Source: a virus | DNA length: 64,000 nucleotides | Strand: one strand, 5' to 3' | Virus record (IMG/VR): IMGVR_UViG_3300029922_000007 | Span: 64,001-128,000 of that record | In this document: positions 47,230 to 57,000 of the stretch, in pieces | Layout: the number at the start of each line of letters is the position of its first letter | Position numbering within the stretch: position 1 is the first letter of the stretch | Translations under genes and position numbers: made by a program | The notes under the pieces: generated by a model | What the model saw: only the letters and a program-made list of their open reading frames with translations | Told to the model about the DNA's origin: nothing | Databases searched by the model: none

Positions 47230-47420
47230 TTAAGTTTTGTTGGCTGTGCAGCAAGAAACTCTGGGGTCGTCACAAAGAAGTCTTGATAATTGATTACTAT
47301 CCTAGGACCCTCCACAAGTCTTGTGCTAAGGACATTAAGCGAGAATCTGACTACCAGAAGGACAGAGATGGAAGCTATCACTCCATGCATTGGGAGCCTA
47401 TGGGCGCTTTTACGGATTAG
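47226..47420 (+). CDS. Hypothetical protein
   Basis: Coupled ORF; CxxC...HxxC. Confidence 0.5.
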   Translation: MIKFCWLCSKKLWGRHKEVLIIDYYPRTLHKSCAKDIKRESDYQKDRDGSYHSMHWEPMGAFTD

Positions 47421-47422
47421 GA

Positions 47423-47477
47423 TTGACTCTTTAAGGTAGGTGTGATACTGTCTTTTTAGGTAGAAAGCCTAGAAAGA
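47423..47477 (+). promoter_or_regulatory. Sigma-70 promoter and hairpin before an endonuclease gene
   Basis: TTGACT-17-TACTGT with TG; stem TCTTTTTAGG/CCTAGAAAGA at 47451-47477. Confidence 0.55.
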
Positions 47478-47485
47478 GTTGATCC

Positions 47486-48736
47486 GTGGGAGTAAGTAGG
47501 ATATCTGATAAACAACATTACGAAAACTTAAAAGATTGTGTTGAAAAACGCGGTGGTAAGCTAGTATCTGAAAAATACTTAGGATCTAGAATAAAGCTAA
47601 CCATAGACTGCGGTAAGGGGCACGAATGGGACTCTATACCCCGAAATATAATCGTTCTGAAGTCTTGGTGTCCGTTTTGCGCTAAAACCAGAACTCCTGG
47701 GATTGAAGGTATGCAGGAATTGGCTCAAGGTCAGAATCTTGTGTGCTTAAATAAATTTAAAAAGGGGGAAGAAAACACTTTTCAGTGGAAATGTTTGTTG
47801 TGTGGCGACACCTTCATAAGAAGGTTGAGCCATATTAGAAGCAGACCCGGTTGTTCCAATTGTAAGGCTAGAAATTTAGGCGAAAGGGTTTGTAGGCTAT
47901 CTTTTGAGGCAATCTTTGAATCGAAATTCCCCAATACACACATGTCATGGCTTATAAACAATAACGGAAATACGCTAACCCTAGATGGGGTTAATACCGA
48001 TCTTAAGATAGCATTTGAGCATCAAGGAGAACAGCATTTTAAATTTAAAAAACACTTTCATAGAAAGGAAGGCGCTCTAGAAGATATTATACGGAGGGAT
48101 AATTTGAAGATTAAGCTTTGTGAGGAAAATGGATATAAATTAGCAATAGTGCCAGACCTAATCTGTGTAGGAAAAATATTTTCCTCTATAGAGTCAGGAC
48201 AATCCCTTATCCCCATTCCCGAACCGATTTTATTGGCCTGTAAGAACGCTGGAATAATACTACCAGACAGCGTAAGATCGATACTGTTGGACTTAAAGAA
48301 AATTACCGGAAAAGAAAGCGATCAAATACTGGAATCTCTCAAAATTCATGCAAAAAATGGTGGGTTTAGTATACCTGACTGTCTTATTTATAGCATGCAC
48401 GATACTCCAATAAAAGCTATTTGCTATAAGTGTGAGTACGAGTGGAACACAACACCTACAAGAATAAAAGTGGGAAAGGCGTGTCCTAGATGTGCTGGGA
48501 CGTTAAGGCTAGAAATAGGTTGGTTCAAACAAGAAGCGGAAAGGCGCGGCGATGTCCTTTTATCTACTCAGTACAACGGCCTATCGAGCTTTATCGAAGT
48601 AAAATGCGGCAAATGTAGCCATATTAGGAAAGTGCTAGCGCAAAGCTTTAGAAAGGGGCATGGTTGCAAAAAGTGTTCAGATAAAGAAGGCGCCAAGAAA
48701 AGATTAGCAAATCAGCTCAGGTCAAGAGGCCAATAA
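47486..48736 (+). CDS. Homing endonuclease, same family as 29890..31062
   Basis: CGKGHEW...WCPFC repeats; GERVCR; LTLDG...IAFEHQGEQHF. Confidence 0.82.
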   Translation: MGVSRISDKQHYENLKDCVEKRGGKLVSEKYLGSRIKLTIDCGKGHEWDSIPRNIIVLKSWCPFCAKTRTPGIEGMQELAQGQNLVCLNKFKKGEENTFQWKCLLCGDTFIRRLSHIRSRPGCSNCKARNLGERVCRLSFEAIFESKFPNTHMSWLINNNGNTLTLDGVNTDLKIAFEHQGEQHFKFKKHFHRKEGALEDIIRRDNLKIKLCEENGYKLAIVPDLICVGKIFSSIESGQSLIPIPEPILLACKNAGIILPDSVRSILLDLKKITGKESDQILESLKIHAKNGGFSIPDCLIYSMHDTPIKAICYKCEYEWNTTPTRIKVGKACPRCAGTLRLEIGWFKQEAERRGDVLLSTQYNGLSSFIEVKCGKCSHIRKVLAQSFRKGHGCKKCSDKEGAKKRLANQLRSRGQ

Positions 48737-49143
48737 AGTACTTGGCCGATAAAAGAAAAGCTTACAGAGTAAACCCCCTTAGTCTGAACCGACTCAGAAA
48801 TATTCGATACTTGTGCCTTAGGAATTGACCAGATTGTCTCGCCGCTTTGGCGATCTTCGAGTCTAAGGCTGCAGTAATTTGTTGCGGCCAAATTCGAAAA
48901 TAAAGAGATCAAATTAGATCCCTGAAGTCCTCCGCTGTTGGTTATCCGCACTCCTTTACAGTTCCCCTTAACTACATTTTGTCCGCCAGTAGCTATTTCT
49001 TGCGGATAGGGAGAGTTGATCCCATAGATACTATAAGCGCCTTGATCCAACTCTATGGATACACTCTGAGTTATTGAAAAAATTTTATTGTTAACGTAGA
49101 GTCTACATCTAGCCCCAGTTATTACGAGCGATTGTTGCGCCAT
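48712..49143 (-). CDS. Tail-tube-like protein
   Basis: VITGARCRLYVNN...IYGINSPYPQEI; located in the baseplate cluster. Confidence 0.6.
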   Translation of the reverse strand: MAQQSLVITGARCRLYVNNKIFSITQSVSIELDQGAYSIYGINSPYPQEIATGGQNVVKGNCKGVRITNSGGLQGSNLISLFSNLAATNYCSLRLEDRQSGETIWSIPKAQVSNISESVQTKGVYSVSFSFIGQVLYWPLDLS

Positions 49144-49152
49144 ATGAACTCC

Positions 49153-51084
49153 TTATGGTCCGTAAACATAGTCAACTTCCGAGTAAACAGTTCCATATTT
49201 ACCCAATCCGATGTCGTTAGGATACAGGATCGTAAAATTTACCGTAACGCCAGCAGCCACAACCGAACCAATAATTGTTTGGCAGTAGGACCTAGCGTTC
49301 GCTGTGTCTGTGAGATATCCTTGATAGTAGGAGCCGTCGCTTGGCAAAACGATCGGCGCTTTAGAGGTAACCAAAAGAACCGAAGTTCCAACTGGATGAT
49401 CTTTTTGAATGAAATATGCTGGACTAACAAGAAGAGTCCCAGAACTTGGGGCAGCTATATAAGGAATGGGACCTTCCTGATTTTCTCCGCCATAGTCAAA
49501 AATAAAGTACCCGCTTGCGTCTGGGAATCCTACAGAAGACCCGACTGTAATGACGTGACTAGTCTCGCCGTTGACATCTTCTGTCAGGGTAGTGCTAGCG
49601 CCACCGATCGTAAAACCTTGGCTCGGATCAAAAATATAGGGTCCTAGCGTTATTGGCAAACTCGGTCCGGCATCTGCGATGGTAGTTGGATCGACCACAG
49701 TCATCGTAACGACGTTATCTACTACAGTATAGGTCAGAGTTGGAAGAACCGCACTAACAGCATCAAAAACCTTAGCGGCGACAGTGCCTGGCAAATCCTC
49801 GCTTCCAATATTGACTTCAATCCCAGTGTATCCATTTGGAGCAGGATCCGTATTTCCACCATCGACATTAAGCCAACCATAGTACTGGAACATCGACCCT
49901 AAATCGTCTATCAAATAGTAATCTGCTATACCGGTACTAGGATAGAAACTTCCTGCTTGCAGAACTAATTGTACCACGGGCTGTTCTGTAACCCCATGCA
50001 GGTGCATTGAACCGATCCTGCTTCTTTCGATTATCTTTGTTGTAGCGGGCAAAAATATCTGTAGGGTATTGGCCTGAACTTGATAAACTGCAGCATAGTA
50101 TTGCTTATTTAGGATAGTTTCTCTAACTGGTGTGTAGAATAAAACAGCAGTATCTGTTCCCTGCACTACAATTCCAGTACTTCCAAGTGGACTATAGATT
50201 TGAAAATACGCAATGTCTACAGCCCCACCTTGGGATGATATAATAGGATACGATCCTTCGTTACTAGAAGAAGCGAACCCTCCACCAAAAATATTCACGT
50301 ACTGCTGAGGTTCAACCACTCCAAGATTTGGGTCTGCTCCACCTGTCCAAGTAAATCTTAAATTCCCGCCTGGTTGTTGACTGATAGTCCACTGAGTTGA
50401 AAAATTGCCCCCAGCTGGGACTGTTGCACTAAATGAAAGTACGTTTTCTGCTCTACCACCTAAGACTGTAATGGAAGAAGAAGCTCCAATAGTGCTAGAT
50501 ACTAATTGAACATAGTTTCCATTGCCATCATTATTTACGATCGCACTACCAGAAACACCCAAACGGCTCAATCCAATAGAAATAGCGTTTGCGATTTCCT
50601 GCGCACTTGCTGCAGCGATACTAGTAAACTGACTTGCATGAAAAGTAACAGTACTGGTATTTGCGCCATCAAAGTTAACGATTAGGGTGTCGCCGTCTTG
50701 CAAATTATAGGGCTCTAAGTTTTGAGCGTTAGAGGTGGCTTTTACGAATTCATCGCCAAACACAATGTCCAGGATGTTATTGATTAGATCTCGTACTTGC
50801 TTTCTATTTTTAACTTGAATACCCAAAGCACTGAAGATGGTATCACTAAGCCCAATAGTAGGATCTCTGGTGATCCCATAGTTGGCCAAACGAAGGTCTA
50901 GAAAGGCTCCTTGGGCAGTACCGATATAGAGAGAATCGTTAACTGCAGCGGCTGAATTCACCAAATAAGTACTGCACGAGGATGCAATAGCATTAAGAAT
51001 TGCTGTAGTATTAGGCCCATTAATATATTGGCTAAGATACTGTCTTAACTTTTTATATTCTGTTGCTGTATCAGTGACTGCCAT
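49153..51084 (-). CDS. Baseplate wedge protein (gpI-like N-terminus)
   Basis: TAQGAFLDLRLANYGITR; ends VVAAGVTVNF; follows the J-like gene. Confidence 0.7.
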   Translation of the reverse strand: MAVTDTATEYKKLRQYLSQYINGPNTTAILNAIASSCSTYLVNSAAAVNDSLYIGTAQGAFLDLRLANYGITRDPTIGLSDTIFSALGIQVKNRKQVRDLINNILDIVFGDEFVKATSNAQNLEPYNLQDGDTLIVNFDGANTSTVTFHASQFTSIAAASAQEIANAISIGLSRLGVSGSAIVNNDGNGNYVQLVSSTIGASSSITVLGGRAENVLSFSATVPAGGNFSTQWTISQQPGGNLRFTWTGGADPNLGVVEPQQYVNIFGGGFASSSNEGSYPIISSQGGAVDIAYFQIYSPLGSTGIVVQGTDTAVLFYTPVRETILNKQYYAAVYQVQANTLQIFLPATTKIIERSRIGSMHLHGVTEQPVVQLVLQAGSFYPSTGIADYYLIDDLGSMFQYYGWLNVDGGNTDPAPNGYTGIEVNIGSEDLPGTVAAKVFDAVSAVLPTLTYTVVDNVVTMTVVDPTTIADAGPSLPITLGPYIFDPSQGFTIGGASTTLTEDVNGETSHVITVGSSVGFPDASGYFIFDYGGENQEGPIPYIAAPSSGTLLVSPAYFIQKDHPVGTSVLLVTSKAPIVLPSDGSYYQGYLTDTANARSYCQTIIGSVVAAGVTVNFTILYPNDIGLGKYGTVYSEVDYVYGP

Positions 51085-51093
51085 AAATTTCCC

Positions 51094-54000
51094 TTATGTT
51101 AGTAACGATACACTTATATCACTAAGTTGAACGACGAATGCTTTTTGGCCAGTAGCTAATACAATTTCGTCATTGTTTACATTATATGCTGGACTCACCA
51201 TCACAACGCTGGTCACACCAGGGATCAGCCTTACAGTTTCCACGATAGAACTCAAGTCAATACTAACTCCCAAGGGATTCGATTCAATCAAGGAGTACAC
51301 TGAAGCTTGGATCTGCTGAGTAATCTGGCTGAACGAAACACCAATATTAGTTCTTATGGCCAAAGAAACTTTAACTCTGAAATCGAGAGGTTCTCTGATA
51401 AAAATATTAGTACCAGCCGCCGAGACTCCTGGGTAGCTGATTGGATCACGTGGATCGCCATAGATTACTCGATTTGATTCACCGATCAAACCCGTATCGT
51501 AGTTATACGAATCTATTCCAAGTCTAATCGTTGTTGGAAAGTTTAATTTTCCAAGTGCAGTCATAGTAACACCAGCGCTCAGATCGATTTTTTCATATTG
51601 GGCAGATGTATTGAAAACGATATCGTTAAAGCTGGTAGTTCCTGGCTCAGATGCAACATATGCAACCTGTTTATAGCCGGTGTACTTGATACCTTCTTGC
51701 ACAGAGAGAGATGAAAAATTACCAGCAACATTCGTATCGTATTGAGTAGAAATTACACCAGATACAACGACAGATGTTGGACTCAAAACCTGCAAGATAT
51801 TATAGGTTCCAGAATTGCCTGCTCCAAGAACGGTTCCATTAACGACAAACTTATCTCCGGGAACGGCAGCTTCGTATGGATAGAATTGAATCTGAGGACG
51901 ATCTACGGAGAAAGTTACAGATGAGATTCCAGACTGTACCACAGCGGAAGGATTAACGACCGTCAAGAATGGGGTTTGTCCGGTTTGAGTTACCACAAAG
52001 CTGAATGCGGCAGGCATCGAAACATCAACAGGAACATGGGTCGCGGCTGCAACAGTAGCAGTTACAGTAACGACATTCCCACTTACAGAATGGGTCATCA
52101 AGGCCAAAGCTGAAAGGGCAGTATTGGTCTTAGTGGCAACCGTAGCTGCCGTATCTGGAGTAACACCACCAACGACGGTCACTTCGATACCAGTAAAACC
52201 AGCAGGAGCCGGATCAGTATTTGAGCCACCAGATACATTATACCAAACGTAGTACTTATTAGCGTTTCCACCGTTCCAAATTTCGAAGTAGTCTCCAGGA
52301 CCAGTCGATGGGAAGGTTATAGCTGGGGGCATTGTAAATTGAACAATTTGTTGCTGTGAAGGTCCAGATTGTTTTACAGTGAAGCTTCCTTGATTTGGGG
52401 TAGAGAAACCGGTTCCAAAAGTAACCACATCGCCTGGTTGGGCAACCCCTAAGAATGGAGCAGTTCCAGTTCCAGTCCAACTGAGAGTTTCGATCCCTCC
52501 AGAAACAGAAACATTAAATACAGTAGTAGCATCGTATCCAGTAGAAATAGTACCTGCAGTGCAGGTTACTTCTTCTTCTACAGAGTTAGCATTTTCATAC
52601 CAAACACTATCGTTGTTTTCACGAATGACTCGATATTCACCTTGATTGAGGGGGCTGAAGGGGGAAGCTAAAATCATCGTGTCGCCTTCAGAAACAGATG
52701 ATGTAGCGGTGAAGTCTCCAGCTAGTACAATAGTCCCATTTTCAACTACTACGGATGGATTAGAAACGGTAAAGGACAATCCATCTGGAGATACTCCAGT
52801 TACAAAGAATGTCCCGTTATTGCCAGCGTTCGCCATCCTCGTAATGGTAATCAAGTCTCCAATAGAGAGACCGGCAAAGTTGGCATTGCCAGCAGGTCCA
52901 GGAGGGGCTGACTGTGTGTTAATGGTTGCTGTATCGCTTAAGGTAACCGCTGCAGTCAAGGCGATTAGGGACCCATTTACGATGCCGCCAAGAGTGTTGA
53001 TGATGCTTGCCTGAGCTACAATATTACCTTCAAAGGTTCCAGCACTTCCACTATTAATGGTAGCAGATGAACCCACAATCCAGAAGATGTCTGCTGCAGT
53101 AGCCCCACCAGTCAAAACCATAGTTGGAACCCCACCAGCTCCAGTTGTGAGGGTAGACGCCGCATAAATGATGTATTGTCCTGCACCATTAAAAGTCAGG
53201 GTTGCAGGACCCGATGTGGCCAAGTTAAACGTCCCGCTAGATTCCTTATAATTCCCAGGAGTCAAAACTACTCCATCGAGATCTGCAGAAATAGCAGTTC
53301 CGGCCAACCCAAGAGTTTGCATGCTAGTATATGCTGCTAGAGCATCATTTTGGGCGGTATTTGCTGCTGAGTTAGCCAAGTTAGTAGAGCCAGTAACGGT
53401 AAAAGTGCCGGTAACAGTAGATCCAGGATATTCACCCAAATTCCCATTAACTACGCTGGTTCCAACACTATTAGTGATGGCAGAAGATGCCAAGATCCCA
53501 TAGGTAGCTGCTGACGCTAAAGGGCTTGGAGGTGGGGTTGGAGTTGGAACAGAGGTGTACGTACCATCAGAAGATACGTTTACGGTCCAATTCCCAGTAT
53601 CGTTAAAATTCACTGAAGAGCTAAAGTCGGGAGAAGTTCCAACCCCATTCCAGCTAAGGCAGGTCAACAATCCTTGTTTTTCTACCCTGAAAGTATCTCC
53701 TACAACCCTAATACCGCTTCTAGGAGCGCCAAAGTAGAGTTGCGCAGTTTCTTGGTTCAGGAGTATGATCGTAGATTGTCCATCTATCGGCGTATTTTGT
53801 AGAACGGTAACACTCGTGTTATTGCTGATCCCCGTATCTTTCGTTTGATAGTTTGCCGCTTGGAGTCTGAACCATTGATCGCTAGCTACTGCTTGACTGG
53901 CGATGCTGTTAGCGGAGATGGACATCTCATTGTTACCAAGTAGCTCCCCAGAAGTCAATACTGGAACGACATATTCGTTACCACTTCCGCCTACGATTTG

Positions 54001-57000
54001 GATAGCTCCGACAGATCCCAATGTTTCCGTTGCGAGTTGGAGTTTGGTTCCACGATCGACCACTTCTACAGTTCCAACGGTAGTAAACCCAGTTACAGCC
54101 AAGATAGACCAAAGCCTTTGGACTTGATCCATAGTAGTTGGAATAAGTCTGACTTCATCTCCACTTGTAAAGAAGCTATAACCTGTATCGCTAGGGTAGG
54201 TAAGTGGTTCTTTAAGGGTAAATTGTGGATTTCCAGTAACGTTGGAGCTTGCAATCCAGTTAATCCCATCTTTTAGGAAGTAGAATGGATGTGTAAATCC
54301 GCTATCTTCGAAAGTACTCAAAGCGATAATGCCAGATCCAGTAGTTCCGCCGTCATTTACGATCGTGGAAGTAAAGTACTGTTTTAGATTTGCATTGATA
54401 TAGGTATTTATTTGTGCTGCCGTAGTTGGGGTTGCAATATAAAAAGTAATCCCGTTTAGAATGGTAGTAACTACTCCAGTTTGATTTACGGCGGTACCGG
54501 TTGGGACTTGAACACTAAAGGATGTAGAAGTTGGAGTAAATCCTACTGCAGAAGATACCTTGAATGTTCCAGTGTTTGCGATGTTAAATCCGGTCGATGA
54601 CAAGATCGTAACGTACTCTCCACCAGACAAGAACAGGGCTGGGTTGCCAGGACCGGAAAGGGTAAAGGCCGAGAAAGCAATCGTAGAATCGCCAGTTCCG
54701 GAAGTCTTGGTTAAGATTCCAGACGCAAGAGGCGGCCCACCAGCGCTCATTGCCGTTATCGTCGTACCAACAAGCGTAACCTTAGTCGCGGTGACAGTGA
54801 ACGTTTGGCCATTACTCGTATAGGTCGCGCCAATAGTTGCAGCGGCTGCCGTTGGGACAGTGAAAGTATACACTCCGTCCCAATTATAGGTTACTTGATC
54901 TGTCCCAGCAGTAGGGGTATTAGGGGTTACCGTTACGTTCCAAAGAGTGCTTGGCGCAATAGAAGATGCAATTGGTGCTCCGGACTGTAGGCCGATCGAA
55001 ACACTTACTTCATTGTTAGAAGTGACAGTAACCGTAGAATTAATGGGTTGATTGGCAGAAGTAGGGTAGACATAGGAAACATTTACCGCTTCACCGCTTC
55101 GGCCCCAAAGGGTGGACCTGATCAAAAGCGCTGTTTGAGCATTTGATCCCTGAAGTACAAATTTTGGTTGCAATAGGACCTTGAAGTTTGAGAAATCAAA
55201 GCCAGCAAAGTTTGTGGCAAAGGAAGCAGTAGGGCCAGCATCCACATCGTATGCGTTGAAACTATAATCGTTAGCGGGCCAAGTGCTGTTAACTATGGCT
55301 CTCCTGTAAAGAGGCATAGTATAGGTTTCGCCAGCAGTATTGTTGTCTACGATGGTAACTACCGTATCGTTATATCCAAAGTCGAGTGGGTTGGCCACAT
55401 AGTACCTATCAGCGATTCTAAGACGTCTAACGTTTGGATACTCTGGGAGGATGGTAATTGCGGTTCCAGAAGTTGCCCACATTTGAACATTTTCTTCAGA
55501 AGGCTGTTCGTCATCAATAAGGCCAGTTCCAGCAGTAGTAAGGGTGGTTCCAGCTATGATGGTGGTACCTACCGTGAAGAAAATTCCGTTGTTAGAATAC
55601 ACAGCCCCGGAAGTTGCGTTTGCAGAGGTAGTCGTAAAGACAAATTGTCCTGGAGCAGGCGATGTAAACGCAGAGAAAGTAATCGTTGAATCTCCGGTTC
55701 CAGAAACTTTGGTAAGAACTGGGGATCCAGAAGAAGGCTGTGAGTTGACTACTGCTGCAGCGCTTAAAGTTACAGCGGCAGTCAAGGCAATTAAAGATCC
55801 GTTAACTGTTCCGCCGAGGGTATTGGTGATGGAGGCCTGCGCTATGATGTTACCTTGGAAGGTTCCAATATTCCCGCTATTGATGGTAGCTGAGCTGCCT
55901 ACAATCCAGAAGATGTTCTTTGCTAAAGCCCCACCAGAGAGGACCATGGTTGGAACGCCACCAGCACCGGTAGTAAGGGTAGAAGCGGTGATAATGATGT
56001 ACTGTCCTGCCCCATTAAATGTAAGAGTTGCAGGACCAGAGGTAGCTAAAGTCGCTGCACCGGAAGAGAAGCTATATACGCCTGGAGTCAGGGTTTGACC
56101 GTCCAAGGCGGAAGGAATGACAGTCCCTGGAGCTTCTGCTGCCATGGTAGTATAAGCGGCCAAGGCGTCGTTTTGGGCGGTATGGGCCGCGCCATTAGCT
56201 AAGTTTGTAGCTCCAGTAACCGTAAAAGAACCGGTAACGGTAGAGCCAGGATATTCACCCAAGCTGCCGTTAACAGTGCTAGTCCCGACGCTATTGGTGA
56301 TAGCGGAAGCCGCCAAGATACCATAATCGGCGGCTGAAGCTAGTGGGCTCGTAGAAGGACCGCCAGTAAGAGAGGGCGAGCTACCATATGGGTTCAGGAA
56401 ATTGATAATTTCATTTGGACCGAATTGACTCAAAGATCTGGTGGACGTGAAGTTGGTTAGATATGTATCGATAGGTTCAGCATAGGAATCAGCACTGATC
56501 GTAGAATGAAAGAAAAGTGGTAATTCGGCAGTAGTAGCCTGGGTTTCATAGAACGCTACAAGGGCGTCCTGACTAGAGCTATTAGCCTGAGTGGTAAATC
56601 CAAGAGCTTGTCCTTCGGCATCAGCCGTAACAATGGTAAGCTCGCCTTCAGTATTGAGGGTGTTGGTAGTAACTACGATATTCGTATTGTCGAATACAGT
56701 GAAGGTGGCTTCGTCCGTTTGAGCTTGGAGTTCAGCGGCAATAACATCCAATGTACTGGTCCCAGACGTTACTTCGAACTTCTGAGGAACGTTGTTGGTT
56801 CTAACAACTACTAAACCCTGAACATAGAGGGCGTTCGTTACTGGAGTTACCAGGGCAGCTTCAGCGGCTGTGACCTTAATAGTCAGAACGGATCCGGTTG
56901 CGGAATGAACTCTTCCTTCAAGTTGGTCAGTATCGGGAATTTCGGCAGACCAAATGATGACGTAGTCTCCGGGAAGAACATTCGAAAATGAATTAGCTCC

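Noticed and set aside
39642-56098. Long + strand ORFs such as 39642-40478, 40857-41360, 52646-53014 and 55544-56098
   Set aside because: Antisense mirrors of Thr/Gly/Ala-rich structural genes, which yield few reverse-strand stops.
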